Positions 23,186-36,566 of a stretch of 64,000 nt of DNA are shown piece after piece (position 1 is the stretch's first letter; each line of letters opens with the position of its first letter). Under the pieces are notes generated by a model. The model saw nothing but the letters and a program-made list of their open reading frames with translations. It was not told where the DNA came from and did no database searches. The translations under genes were made by a program, and so were the position numbers. This stretch comes from Selaginella moellendorffii. Its lineage: Eukaryota > Plantae > Lycopodiophyta. The DNA is taken from positions 438,499-502,498 of the forward strand of contig NW_003314323.1 in the NCBI RefSeq assembly GCF_000143415.4, read 5' to 3'.

Positions 23186-25811
23186 TCACAAGCCGGGCCT
23201 GCTTCTCCTCATCCTCTTTCTTCGTGCCGCCGGACCCCAGCTTCGTCTCGACCACTCCTCCTCAAATTCGTCGCTCTCCTTCCCCATGATCTCCTCGGAC
23301 GAATTCTCGCCAGAGTTTTGGTGCTGCTGCTGCTGGCTCAGTCGATCCAGGGACTCCTGCTCGGACGTCGAATTGTTGCTGCCGTAGTTCGAGGACGCGG
23401 AGGAGATCCTTTTGGTCTCGTGATGAGGATGAGCGTGGCCTCCTCCATCTCGGTGATCCCGTGGCTTCGAGGACGAATTCACGGCCTTGGTGATGTTGGT
23501 GGTGGAGGAGAGATCTCTGGCTGCTCCGGCTGATGATTTGGAGCTCCTGGATGATGGAGTGTGATGTTGGTGTTGTTGGTGATCGTTTTGCTGCTGCTGC
23601 TGCTGCTGCTTCTTGGTTACCAGTTTCTTCTTGATCTTGGACGAGGACTTTGGAGCTTCGGCCGCCGCTCCACCATTTCCACCCCCGCCACCACCGCCAC
23701 CACCTTCGCATTGTGTCAGGGCCACCTTGACGGATTTGAACGAGGCCTTCGGTGGATCCTCCGCAGCAACCACACTCTCCTGGAACTTGGCTACTATCGT
23801 CTTGCTGTTCTTGCTCTTCTTCTTCTTCTTCTTCTTCTTGCTCTCGTCCTTCACAGGCTCCGCTACCGCTGGCGATGGCTTTGGAGGGGCGGCGGCGGCG
23901 GCCGGAGGAGCGGCATGGTTTGCCACACCTGTAGGCAGCGTTTCGATGAGCCGCCTCTTGGATTTGTGATGCAGGCGGAGCACTCCACTGTCGCCGTTCT
24001 TCTCCGGCTGGACGTGATCTCGCTTCGCGGGAGCCAGGCTGACGAGGATCTCCGCCGCCAAGTTGGCACCGTCGTCCGGATTGTCCGCAAGGAACGAGTA
24101 GCCATTGCTCCCCGCCTTGTCCTTGTCCTTATCCTTCTCCTTGTGACGGCTCCCGGACGGCGAAGCTTTCAGCGTGGAGCTCTCCTTCTCCTTGACACCC
24201 TGGTGGTTCGAGTGAGACTTGGAAGACGACGACGATTTCAAGCTCTTGGGATTCACCAGATGCTTCCTCTTCTTCTTCTCGCCCTCCCCATCCCTGGACA
24301 GCTCCCCTGTCCGCGAATCTAGCTCCTCGGCAATGGCTTCCGGCCGCTTCTTCCCGTTAGTAGTAGCGTTGTCAGATTCCCTTGTTGCCAACAAGTCTTT
24401 GGAACTCACCAGCTTGAATCGCCGCTTCTTGCTGCTCGTAGGTGGCGCCGCCGGCGGCTCAGCACTGTCTCGAACTTCTTCCCTGGCCTTGTGCTGCTGC
24501 TGCTGCTGCTGCTCTGAAGAGCTTCTAACCGCAACCTTCTCGATCTTCCCGGACCGCTGCTTCACCTGTACATCCTCCACGCTACCGGTGTCACAAATCG
24601 GACATCCTGGCTGCGAGCAACTACAGCTTGGAGCCTCCTCACACCTTCCCAAATCAGCCTCGTCCCTGGAGCCACCTCTTCTCTCTTGCAACACTTCATC
24701 CCTCTCCACTGCTTGCGCATCCTGCTTGATCGGCTTGACCACGTCCAGCAGACCGGAATTGGGCTTGTCGCTCGAGCTCAAGCCCAATCCCCCCGGAGGA
24801 TTCAGATCCAAGCCTTTCGGCTTGCTCTCGTCCTTGTGCTCGCCAGCCTCGAGCTTTGCAACCTCGCTCCCATTCACTGGGCTCTCCGTACTGTCCCCTC
24901 TCTTCCGCTGATCTGTTGCTACCACTAAAGCTGCCGCTGCTGTCTCGTCACCGTGTTGACGCAACAAGCCCACAACCGGTGGTCCGTCTCTGTCCAGCGG
25001 AGCCAGCTTAAGCTCCATGGTCGCTCCATCGAGTATGAGCTTGGGAGGTTTCTTAAACGGCGGTTTCGGAGGCGTTGAAGCCGAGTAAAGAAAACCCGGC
25101 GAGGGAGCAGTGCTCGCATTACTGCTCGCCCCTTTCAACCAGCAGCCACTCCCCCCACCACTCTCCTCTTTGTTGTTGTTGCTCGCATAGTTCGCCGGAG
25201 GAGGAGCAGCCGGAGGAGGAGGAGGAGGAACCACCCCGAGCACCGCCGCGTGATGGTGTTGCTGCTGATACGAGCTCGGACTCGGACTCGTGGTCGCAAA
25301 GCCCGAGCCACCTTGCCACGCAACTTGGACAGACTGCGCAGGTGTCCCCGCCTGTAACACGGCCACTTGCTGGTACTGTGGCTGATGCGGCTGGTGGTAA
25401 TAGTTGGAGTTTGATTTCCACCACAGTCCCAGGCCGCCGGGGGGAGAAGCCTCCATGAAAGCCGACGACGACGACGACGACGACGACGGTGGCGGCACTG
25501 GCTCCCTTCTCGCCATGTTGGTGGACGGGATCAGAATTCCCTGGCTCGAGTAGCTCACGTGATTTTGCAGGCCACCCAGCGAAGCACCGAAAAACTTTCC
25601 ATTGTCCTCCGCAGACGGACCCCGTTCCATGGCTGCTGCTGCTGCTGCTGCCGCGGACGCGAAGAACGGGTTCAAGTTCTCGATGCCGGAGGACGATGAT
25701 GAAGATCCTCCCAGTCCTTTCCCGTTCTCGGCTGCGAACCGGTTGTTGGGGCCCGGCTCCAAGAACACAACATGCTGATTCTCCGCTGCCTTTGAATTCA
25801 TGGAAAGAACT

Positions 25812-25844
<33 letters not shown>

Positions 25845-26793
25845 GGCTTGGATACCTGCACGAGGAGAATAAAAACAAATGGAGAAGGAGCACAAACAAA
25901 AAAAAAGAAAGAGAAACAAAGACCCGAGTTAGCAAAGTAGAAGGAATCAAATTGTGATTAGATAGGAGGCACCACTACCTTATCGCTTGCGGCGAGGTGA
26001 AATCCATTGGGCGGAGCTCTGCTCTTCTCCACAGCAGCCGCCGCAGCATTCCTTAATGCTTGAGCTCCTCCAGTGTTGTCAAAGCCGTACCCCCAGATCC
26101 CACCCAGAATCCCTTGGGTCACACACGGAAGAACCTGCTGCTGCTGCTGCTTAAATCCTCCACCTCCACCTCCACCTCCTCCATCCGAGCCCGAGCTCTT
26201 GGCACGCTTTATCATCTGGAAGATCTCACTCTCTCCGTCTCGGCCGCTGTTCCAGCCGATCTGCTGCTGCGAGCCCACTTTCTCATGAACAGCCGCTGAC
26301 GAATCCAGATTCTTCACACTGTTCATGGCTGGAGCTGGAGCAGCAGTGGCAGCAGTGGCAGCCGCGGCAGCGCTCAGCCTTGACACCAAATCACAAGCGG
26401 CGCTGCTGCTGTTATTGTTGTTGTTGGCAGTGGTGGTGGTGGCGGCGTTGCTGCTGGGCTCCTCCATCTCCACATCCATGTACTCCTCGGCTGGCAGCTC
26501 CAAGTCGAAAGTCCTCCGCCGGGGCTTGGCATCGCTCTTTTTGCCGCTGCCATCGTAGCCAGATGCCAATTCCAGCCTCGAGCTGTCGATCGCACGAGGC
26601 GGCCGGAGGTCTTGGAGCAGCAGCTTCTGGACACGATAGACCCTGTGGAGCTCCTGGACCTGCGCAAGGAGACGAACACCATCCATGAGAACATCTCGCC
26701 TCACTTTGCGCAAAATGGATAGATCTGACTGACCTGTTGGCGGAACTGGGCCTCCTGCTCGAGGATAATCTTCCTGACCATCTCCATTTCCAT
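23186..26793 (-). CDS. DUF863-family low-complexity nuclear protein of about 1136 aa; exons 26793-26734, 26659-25979, 25855-23186
   Basis: Splicing gives VRKIILEQEAQFRQQVQELHRVYRVQK, RRTFDLELPAEEYMD, AAEILVSLA and C-terminal WGPAARRKRMRR, matching the plant DUF863 block pattern. PolyQ/S/G/A/K tracts are present. The start codon is uncertain and 5' UTR exons are likely up to about 27800. Confidence 0.8.
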
Positions 26794-28026
26794 ATCCAAG
26801 CCTTCCACCTCTCGCGTCTCCTACACACAAATGCCGCAATCCCCTGCTTCCATCCAAAACATGGTGCTCAGAACAAGCATAAAACAAAGAAAAGGAAAAA
26901 AAAAACACATACACACCACCACACCACACCACACCAAAGAGGAAGAAGGGAAGAAAAATAGATTTTTCTTTCAGACCTGTGCATGGCGAAGAGAAGAATT
27001 CCAAGCGCTTTACCCAGAAGAGCTCCACGGAAGAACAGCGAATGGAATAACAGCGGAGATATGGCGCTGTCCCTGCCATCGATAAAGAGAGGAAGAACAC
27101 GGCTGCTCGCTGGGTAGATCTGGAGCTCCCGTGGCTTGATCTCTTGGAAAGATCTCTAGATCTCGGGGCCCCGAATCCAAGGCGCGCCGTTGCCAATTCT
27201 TTCTACTGCCAAGGACTGGAAGAAGATGCGGAGAAGAAGCAGCCAGTGGCGAGGAGCCGACGAAGAAAAGTCACCAGCATGCGTGGAATTTCTTCGGGAA
27301 CACCGCATGTGTGGCGATTACTGTAAGGCGTGGCCAGGAAATGACAAGAAAGAGAGGAGTTCTTCCACGGGATGGATGAATGCCACGGCCGGAGCGCCTA
27401 GAGGCCAGAATCTCTCTCTCGCCGCTCGCCGTCCACAAGCTCCGGATCGAGGAATCAATCGTCGCAAGCCTGATTGATTGATTGGCAGCAGCGCGGCCGC
27501 GGCGCAGCGCCTTCCTCGCCGCCTAGCTACAAGAAAGATCTCGAAATATTTCCCAATCGCGGCGGCGGGGACGAATCCATCTGCCACGGTCAATGCATCC
27601 CGCGCGTCGCGGCTTCCTCGCGATTCCTAGCTCCGGAAGAACACCACCACACCTCCTTCATTCACACGCACGCACGCACACGGCATTCATTCCTCCTCCT
27701 TCCCCCATTTTCTTTTTCTCTCTCTTTCTCGTCTTCTTCTTACTCTGCCCGAACGATCTTCTCTTAGCCCTAATCACTGCCCTAAATTGGAGCTGGCACC
27801 GCGAATCTTTCTCAACGCTGGGAGGGAGGGTAAAAACCTCTAGGCTAGCACCAGGAAAAAAATGATTTGTTTTCACGCTCTTCCCCTCCTCGTCTCCTCC
27901 TACCACCAAGGATGATCCCGGGTAAAATCCGTAACGCACGTCGTTTCTACCGCAACCCCGCTGTACCACTCGGAGGCCGCCACGTGCCCCCTGCCCGCGA
28001 GAATCTTGCGTGGTCCACAACAAACC

Positions 28027-29988
28027 GAATATGCGCATGAATTCAGATTATCCGGATAGATTAGGTGCCACTGGAATATTCTCTTCCCCCCCTCCTTTAA
28101 ATAGTTGCATGTATGCATATCTATCTATTTCTCAAAGGCCTCACAATCGTATTGCAAAGCTGACACACTGGTAGTGTATGAGAGATAGATTAGATTTACA
28201 ATTTCTATATGGAGCCTTGTACACATCCGGAGAATGTTAACTTTATAACACGATTTCTAACAAACTCCATAATAACAAACTCAATAATAGGATACTAGTT
28301 CTCTTGTTTATGCAAAAGGGGGATCTTCCTCCATAGCTTCTCTTGTGTGTGTGTGTGTGGTTTGACCATTGCAACTTGCGAAGAACTGTTTGCCGGTATG
28401 AAATTCTAGCAAATGTTGTAAATGTTGTTGTAAATATTATATAAATGCTGTTGGCCATGCCCCACTGGAGGAACAAAGAGATGGTGGTGGTGGTGGTGGT
28501 GGAGGGGGTGGTGGATCATAGGATTTGTTTGAGAAACACCAAAAAAAAGAGGGGCATTTTGGATGTATAGATATTTTTCCCCTTCTTGGTGGTCTTTTTA
28601 TGAGTGAATGCTCCCAAAACTGTGGACCCGGGAGATTGGGTCGTCTCCTCTTGTCAAGAACAAGTCCTCCCCTCTTTTACTTTTTTTTCTTTCTTTTCCG
28701 GCTCATGGGATCTATCTAGTGACTCCTCCTTGCTTGCGTTTGCAGCTCTTATATTCTCGTGTATCATGATCACGCCAGAGGGATTGATTGACCCGATGTG
28801 CAAGTGAATAGTGGTGGATCAATGTGGTGGCGGTGGTGGTGTGATGATTTCCCGCTAGGTCTTGGATCGCTTGTCTTCTAGATTTGCTGGCTTTTACACG
28901 ATCTCAAAGGTCCCCTTGTCTTCCTCTCCGGAGAATATCCAAACGGAATAATCTCCGTGGCATGAAAGGTTTTAGGGCGCAGGTCAAAGCTGCCAACCAA
29001 ACAAACTACTCAAACAAGCCAACATGATAATTCAGTGTTGGCATCTCTCTCCAAATCATGCGCAGTTTTGAGAAATCGTGTGTGTTGTTATCGGCCTTTG
29101 TGCCCCGCGATTATAAGTTTCGTTTGCGCCGGATTCGAGGAGTGGTAAAATCATGTTTGGTGAAATGTCGGTCTCGTTAGGTCTCGATCAGCCGGGTGGT
29201 CGATCGATCAATCTCGCAGCAAGCGTAGTTTGTTGAAACTCCTTGTGCTTTAGTAAATCGAAGATCTCTCCAGTATAACGACACACACTCACACGAAGCA
29301 ACTTGGACGGAATCAAAAGAATCGTCATCGATGCCCACGAAAACAAGGAACTCCACCCAGACACTAAGATCGAATAGATCATCACGCGTTTTCTTTGCAA
29401 ATAGAGAAACTAGGGTTTTTTAAACTGGATCCCCGTCTATTTTAATGTATACCGCGATACCTTTATCTTTCCCCTTAAAAATGGACATAGACAAATCTTA
29501 GCCAGTTTTGTCTGTTACAAGGCCACCACATGCCGAATCGAGATAGGGATAGGGCTGGCTGTCCCCTCGCGCCCAGCAATTAAATAAAAATAACGCAACG
29601 AGAATAGCCAGTTCATCCTTCCATGTGGAACATCAAACGCTCACGACCTAATCTTTGTATCCTTGCCCGCATTAATGCCAAACAAACATTTCCCCCCTCC
29701 AAACCATGTGGGAGATTCGCGCTTAATCTAAGGGTAATCCAACCTGTCCATTCGCGGTGGGTGAATATGCCGCTTGCCGGCCGGAATATGCCGCGCGTGG
29801 CGCCGCCGCCGGTGGAGAATGTAAAGCGGATCTTGAGGCCGACAGTGTGATTGGCCCCGAATCAAATGGCGCTCTCCCATTGGCCCGGCGAGATATGTCC
29901 CGTATCTACATGTGCCCTGTTTGCGTACATGCGTACGTAGCTCGTATCTCATCCCTTTGTTTGTTTTTTCCAGCGTGGAGGAATATTC
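28027..29988. promoter_or_regulatory. Cluster of six P1BS-type (GNATATNC) motifs
   Basis: GAATATGC 28027, GAATATTC 28074, GAATATCC 28933, GAATATGC 29763, GAATATGC 29784, GAATATTC 29981. Confidence 0.55.
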
Positions 29989-30219
29989 GCTCCCCGTTGT
30001 TTTCACGGGGAGTTAAAAAATGGTGCTTGCTGCGCGCGCGATTTGATGCGTGCCATCGCAAACAGCGGCCGTCCCCTTCAATTCCTTGATTACGTCGTCG
30101 CGAGGCGCGATTCATTGTCGAGCTGACACGAGAGAGATCTGGATATCACACGGGAACACCCCTTTAGCGTGGAGAAATCCAAAGGGGCAAAAAAAAAAAA
30201 AAAAAACAAACCAAACCTT

Positions 30220-31160
30220 CGACCTGCGGACAAAAGATTGGGATTGTCCGAGAAAATGCCTGATGCATCCAACAAGAGCTGTTTGATCCGAGAAACCATC
30301 CAAACGAACCCAGCGAGTGATGGAGTACACATCGCGAAGCGAAGCGGACAAACTCCCTGCCTGGAGTTTACGAAATGCGTGAGAGCGTTCGGATGGATCC
30401 AAGCTTTTCCAAGTCCGGCCAAACTCCAAACTCGTGGAGATAATTGACCTGGGAAAAGGAAGAATTAGAATTCCTGGGCGAGCAAACCCGTACAAACCTG
30501 GCCGGGTTCAACAATCCTTTTGTTCCAGATCTTCCAGAGTCCCAGGCCAGTCCTGTGATCAACCTACCCTTCCTGCAAACTCAGAAGAGAAAGGATTGAA
30601 AACGGAGGAAAAATACAAAAAAAACTAAAGCTGTTCCACGCGTGAGAGATTTGCAAAGCGAAGAACTCGGGTACAATGATACGAATTCGGACCGGAAGAG
30701 TTTTAGTCTGGTCTAACTTACCTCCTCTCGCTTCTCTTGTGTGGCTCTGATGAAATCATCGAGATGGCTTTCGCACGCTGCTCTCCTACTGCACTGTGTA
30801 CACGGCCCCTTTCCTCGCGCGCTCCTGTCACACCCAACACCACCATCAGGAAGGAAAGGAGAGAAAAGAGAGACAGAGGGCAAAGAAAACGAATAGCAGA
30901 CCCAAGAAATCCAAACAGCCAAAAAGCATTGCGCAAGAGAGCGCCCCACCTCTGAGATGGACGTGCTTGACTCACGGGAGAGTTCGAATCGTGTCAGCCG
31001 GAAATCCGCGTAGAAATAGTCTTCGATCTTTCCATACTCCTGCCGACAAAAGAAAAAATCAAGGGAGAAACAAAGCGCTTGTTAACGAGATCGAAATCTT
31101 TGAGAAAAACTTTACGCTCGTCAGATGCTTGCGTCGCGAGATTCTCTAGCTTAGAAACTC
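30220..31160 (-). ncRNA. Putative unannotated spliced transcript (lncRNA, long leader or orphan gene)
   Basis: Chain of pyrimidine-tract CAG acceptors and GT donors defining candidate exons 31039-30976, 30824-30722 (donor AG|GTAAGT), 30572-30498 and 30448 onward. The last intron is 49 nt, like the genic introns here. Confidence 0.35.
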
Positions 31161-31323
31161 TGGAGCGACAAAAGGGAGAGAAGAAAACAAGACCCAAAAT
31201 GTGAAGTTAAAAAGTTGAACGCAAGCCTCACAAAATTTGGAAATACAACGTCGACTGTGCTCGGCTAGAGAGAGCACAGGTGTGTACCATAGTTTTTCTG
31301 ATCTTCGGGAAAGCTTGCTTGCA

Positions 31324-31842
<519 letters not shown>

Positions 31843-31949
31843 CTTGCACTGAGGAGGAGAAAGAGAGGAGATTTCATACGAAAGCGCAAGAGCAGCGCGC
31901 CTACCTCTGATGCGCGTGATCGCCGGCCGCAAACCTCAGCGCCTCCACA

Positions 31950-31958
31950 AAACCCTAG
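31950..31958 (+). promoter_or_regulatory. Telo-box-like AAACCCTAG in the RPS15A/LPA2 divergent promoter
   Basis: Motif within the 266-bp head-to-head interval. Telo-boxes are typical of plant ribosomal protein promoters. Confidence 0.5.
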
Positions 31959-32108
31959 CGCCCGGACGATAACCAAAAGCCCTAGCACCAACGGCTGCGA
32001 TTTGTTTTAACAATTTCACTATGGACAGGAATCGAACCCCGGACTAAATGCGATGCGAAGAGAAAAAGAAAAGATAGAGCTGTGGAAGAAGGAACAAAAC
32101 AAGGAAGG

Positions 32109-32763
32109 ATGCCATCTTCTTCTATTACATGTGTTTCATGCGGTGGATTTAGTAGCAGCTCGATAGCTCCTTTCTTCAAGAGCTCCACTTCCAGGTCTCT
32201 AAAATCCCAAAGAAGTAGAGATTTAGCAGCGAGAGCTCTCTCCACTGAAGAGCCAGAGCCAATCCTCCAGAAATCCAGCAAGAAGAAGCCACCAGGCACT
32301 GGCTTTGGGGAATCCCAATCCACTTCTCCCAAGAAAAAGAGCTCTAAATCCCCGAATCCACCTGGTGAAGTACCTGATACGTCTTCTTCTTCCGGAATTC
32401 GAAGAAGGCCTGCTCCGACAAAACCATTCGTAGCTCCGCCGCCTGATCCACAAACCCAGCAGCTCGAGACTTTTGCCGAGATTGCCTTGCTCGGCCTCGT
32501 CGGTGTTGTCATCCTCGAGGGTCTCGCACTTGCAGCTTCTGGTGAGTAGAGCTTTCTACTTCTCTCGGCTCCATCACAACTCTATCAAGATAAGACGGTT
32601 AATCCAATAACAAATGCTTAATGCAGGCTTCTTACCCGAGGAGTGGGACGAGTTTCTCGTCAAGACCGTGTACCCGTCTTTCACCCCCACCATAGGCTTG
32701 TTCGTTGCTTTGGCTGCTGGATACGGCTTGTACAAATACTTTGGCGGTCAAAACAAAGGTTAG
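32109..32763 (+). CDS. LPA2: LOW PSII ACCUMULATION 2-like thylakoid protein; exons 32109-32541, 32627-32763
   Basis: Transit peptide, GFG motif and C-terminal ILEGLALAASGFLPEEWDEFLVKTVYPSFTPTIGLFVA..GYGLYKY. Confidence 0.88.
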
Positions 32764-32877
32764 CCACGAAGGAAAACGAAGATGCGAGCGAGGATGGAAG
32801 TCCTTAACAAGAGTAACACGTTGGAAGCCTCTTACCGGACACACACTCCACACATACCTTTACCAGAACGTTAAGAG

Positions 32878-35011
32878 TCAATGCACTAGCTCTTCTGTGC
32901 CTACTCCAGGTATGGGAAACTGTTTGGCGAACGCTTCCACTCGGTTTTGTAGATCAGCTATGCTCGCCTGGACCGGAGAGTCTTGAGATTCGAGTGCCTG
33001 GACGTACTCTTTCATTTTCCCTTGCTTTACTGTTTCCTTGAGCTGTCGGGCGATTTGGACGCCTTCGTGAATGAATCCCGCCACTTTGATGAAGTCATCT
33101 TCCTTGAGTCCTCTCGTTGTCAATGCGGGTGTGCCGATGCGTACACCGCCTGGAACTAACGCACTCTTGTCCCCTAAGCAAGGCCGTGATTTTAGGAGGA
33201 TCCACGTATCAATCGCAACGTCAAACCTGGTACAGAGTTTTTGTTGAGTGTGATGGAAGCACGATCCAGGACTTTTTCAGCTCTGGCACCGTCAATTCCC
33301 TGGACACCACAGCGCCAAGTCAGTAGCGTACCAAAGCACGGGCCAAAAGTGCAATTTACCAAAGGACGCAAATCAACAAGGACTAGGTGATTTTCGGTTC
33401 CGCCAGACACGAGCGTAAATCCCAAGTCCATCAGCGTTTTTGCAAGCGCTTGACAATTCGCAATCACCTAAAACAAACATCACACTTTGAAACGGCTCTC
33501 TCCGGCAAGTTGAAAGTTGGTACCTGCTTTTGATACTGCTTGAATTCTTCGGTTGCAGCATGCTTCAGGCACACCGCCAGTCCAGCAATGGTGTGATTGT
33601 GAGGCCCGCCCTGGTGGACAAACTAAGTAAGAAAATGCCATTCCCGAGATAAGGTGCGCTCACCTGCAGACCCGGAAATACTGCATTGTTTATAGAGGTT
33701 TCCAAGTCCAGCCCCAAAACTGGATCTTTCCTGAAAAATATCATTCCTCCACGAGGGCCCCTTAAAGACTGCAAAAGCACCGGTGAGCCATATACGTCAG
33801 AGAAATCTATAAGCTGCAATCAACCTTGTGAGTAGTAGTTGTAACCACATCACAATACTCAAAAGGGTTTGCAAGTTGACCCGCAGCCACGAGCCCGCTG
33901 ATATGAGCCATATCCATCATCAAGAAGGCACCAACGCTGTCTGCCACCTATGAAGTGATAGTTTAATCTCATTTGAAGAATCAACTGGAAAATTCGAACC
34001 TTCCGCATCCGGGCATAGTCGAATTCCCTTGGATAAGCACTACCGCCAGCTATAATAAGTTTTGGCCTGAACACGGCAGCATTTTCTTCGAGCTTATCGT
34101 AGTCCACTATACCTGTGCAATTGACCAAGCCAAGTTGAAAATGAAGGGCTCCACGGAAAAGCTGCCGCACGCACCTGTTGCTTCGTTGAGGCGATATGGC
34201 ATGGATTCGAAGTACACCGATGTTGCTGACACTCTCCTCTTCTCGGTCATAAAGCCATGGGACAAATGTCCGCCGTGTGGAAGATCTAGTCCCTAACAAG
34301 AAGAACACGGAACAAATGAGTTAGTCAAACAGAACAAGAAAAAACTCGCAGTTTGGTGAGCTACCATAATACGGTCATGGGGACGCAAAAGCGCTGTGTA
34401 GACTGCAAAATTTGCCGGCGAGCCAGACAGCGGCTGGACATTAACACCCCATTTAACGGGATCAAGGTTGAAAGCATGGAGGGCTCTCTTCTGGCATAAA
34501 GTCTCGCTTTCATCAATGTATTCATTGCCACCGTAGTACCTATCCACAACTCGTTAAACTTCAAGCAAAAAAAAAAAAAGAGCGAGGCAAAACCTTTTCC
34601 CAGGAAGCCCTTCCGAGTACTTGTTTGTCAAGCACGAACCAACAGCTTCCATCACAGCTCGGGACGTAAAATTCTCCGAGGCAATGAGCTCTAAGCCACG
34701 GAATTGCCGCTGCCTCTCCGATCCGATGATTTTAAACATCTCGGGATCGGCTTCACTGAGAGTAGGATCCCAGGAGCGACGATCTGCAAGATTATGCCAA
34801 ATTCGCGAGAGGATCGAAATTGGATTCAGAACATACCGGAAGAAATCGGCTTGGAAGCGGGCGACAGGGTATCGACGCCAGAGGATTTCGCTCTCACCGC
34901 GATGGATCGCTTGATCGAGCAGAGGCGCCAGGAGCCGGGCGAGAGAATGCGAGCTGGAGGAGGCGCAAATCCGGAGGAGGGCATCGCCGCTTGCTGCTGG
35001 AGCATCCACAT
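32878..35011 (-). CDS. SHM3: Serine hydroxymethyltransferase, plastid type (multi-exon)
   Basis: [45 protein letters not shown]|SLRGPRGG (PLP Lys), [14 protein letters not shown] and NKNSVPG, with a transit-like N-terminus. Confidence 0.93.
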
Positions 35012-35415
35012 TCTTGCCGCGCCCGAGAGAACCTAGAATGGAGTAAAACCCTAAACCTCAGTGGAGGGAATCTTCGTATTTGATTAAGACCCCAAACAGG
35101 TTGTTAAGGATTGGACGGCCAGGATACCCTAGTTTCCATTTGCGGTGGAGATTCGTCCTCTATTCTCGCTTTTGCATGCTCTTTGGGTTGGATGGTCCGT
35201 CAAGAGCTTTGTTCCTCCATATAATCCGAGCTTTCAGCCAGGGTTTGAGGCGCCCTCTCTCGCAGTTCTTCGTGATCCACGCGGCATCCGCGAGCCATTT
35301 CCTTCCGCATTTCGGAGTAATCTCGTCTCGCTCTGGTAAGATTGTGACGCCGATCGATCGATCGATCGAGCGAGGTAGCCCTAAGATCTGTTTTCCTGCT
35401 TTTGGTGCTCTAGCA

Positions 35416-35951
35416 ATGGCCGCTGTCGCTGGATCCTGCTCCATGGTGCCTGCCGTGCCCGTCGCTAGCGTCGGATCCCTTGGAAGAGCTTCCCCGGTGC
35501 TCGGATTCAAGCCCAGCGCCATTGTCTTGAGAAGCAAGCGGGGTCTCTCCCTCATCTCATGCGCGGTATACTTCTATCTCTTGGAATTTTTTCTCCAGGT
35601 GATTGTGAGTTCTTGAGTGTGTGATTCTCTTTTCTTTCACAGGCAAAGCCAGAGACTCTTGCTACAGTCCAGAAGATCATCGCCAGTCAGCTCTCGATCG
35701 AGCAGTCCAGCGTCACTCCGGCCGCCAAGTTCGCTGATCTTGGAGCCGACTCGCTCGACACGGTAATGGATCTTTAGTAGCTCCTTCTCTTCGTCTTCTA
35801 ACTGGGAAGATTGGTCTCGTCTCCGAAGGTTGAGGTGATGATGCAACTCGAGGAGAACTTCAAGATCAGCCTGGGCGAGGAGGGAGCCGAGAAGATTGTC
35901 ACCGTGCAAGACGCTGCCGATTTGATCGAGGACGTGATCGGCAAGCAGTGA
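35416..35951 (+). CDS. ACP: Plastid acyl carrier protein, 130 aa; exons 35416-35565, 35643-35762, 35829-35951
   Basis: Transit peptide ending ISCA|AKPETL and the phosphopantetheine site LGADSLDT|[11 protein letters not shown]. Confidence 0.95.
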
Positions 35952-36302
35952 AAAAGGAGGCAAGCAACGCGTTTCTGCGGCGGATCAACCAACCAAAATG
36001 GCATCGTTTTTGTAATGGTGACGGATTAATAATTCATTCTCATACCAGTTTTTTGTTTCTTTCCCAGTTATTCTTACAGATTCGTTGACAATACTTTGTT
36101 CTTCCCCTTCGTTTTCGGCAATCTGCTTTCATTGACTAGCCTCAAAATCAAAATTTTCGCACTAGATCATGGCCACAAAGACGAGGAAACGATTTTTTTT
36201 CAATTATACACACACACGAAGAACACATACTGATCACGAAGAATGGTTCTATACAAAAGAATCTCCCAAAAAATATAAATCTCGCGCAGGAGGAGTGCTC
36301 TA

Positions 36303-36566
36303 TCATTTGGCTGCCTTCCTCTTTTGGTACTGATCCTTGATCCAGTGAATTCCAGTGGAGGTGCCTGCCTTGATCTTGTTCGCGCTAGCAGCAGCCACGA
36401 TCTTAGCCTTGTCCACTCCCTGGCTCGCCGCCGCCTTGATCTTAGCGCCCTTGTTTGACGACGATTCCTTGCTCCTGCTCTTGTCCATCTTCATTTGCTC
36501 CGCTCGCTCCTTGTCGTTCATCTTGTAGTCCCACTGATCCGCCCAGCTCAGCCCATTCGATTCCAT
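36303..36566 (-). CDS. Small conserved plant protein of unknown function (87 aa, SWADQWD family)
   Basis: MESNGLSWADQWDY...KAAASQGVDKAK...GTSTGIHWIKDQYQK matches a widespread small land-plant family. Confidence 0.8.
   Translation of the reverse strand: MESNGLSWADQWDYKMNDKERAEQMKMDKSRSKESSSNKGAKIKAAASQGVDKAKIVAAASANKIKAGTSTGIHWIKDQYQKRKAAK

Noticed and set aside
23051-25919. Many long antisense and alternative-frame ORFs
   Set aside because: They are shadows of the GC-rich, triplet-repeat DUF863 coding sequence.
25958-27196. 412-aa ORF as a single-exon gene
   Set aside because: It reads through introns. The DUF863 N-terminal motif appears only after splicing 26733-26660.
29188-29385. Possible C/D box snoRNA on the minus strand (GTGATGA ... 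CTGA) downstream of a telo-like motif
   Set aside because: The spacing of about 200 nt is long, and there is no clear terminal stem, rRNA guide or resemblance to U3/U14 that I can recognise.
27200-30100. Conserved miRNA precursor
   Set aside because: I saw no match to the conserved plant miRNA families I checked by eye and no obvious long hairpin. Folding and small-RNA data would be needed.
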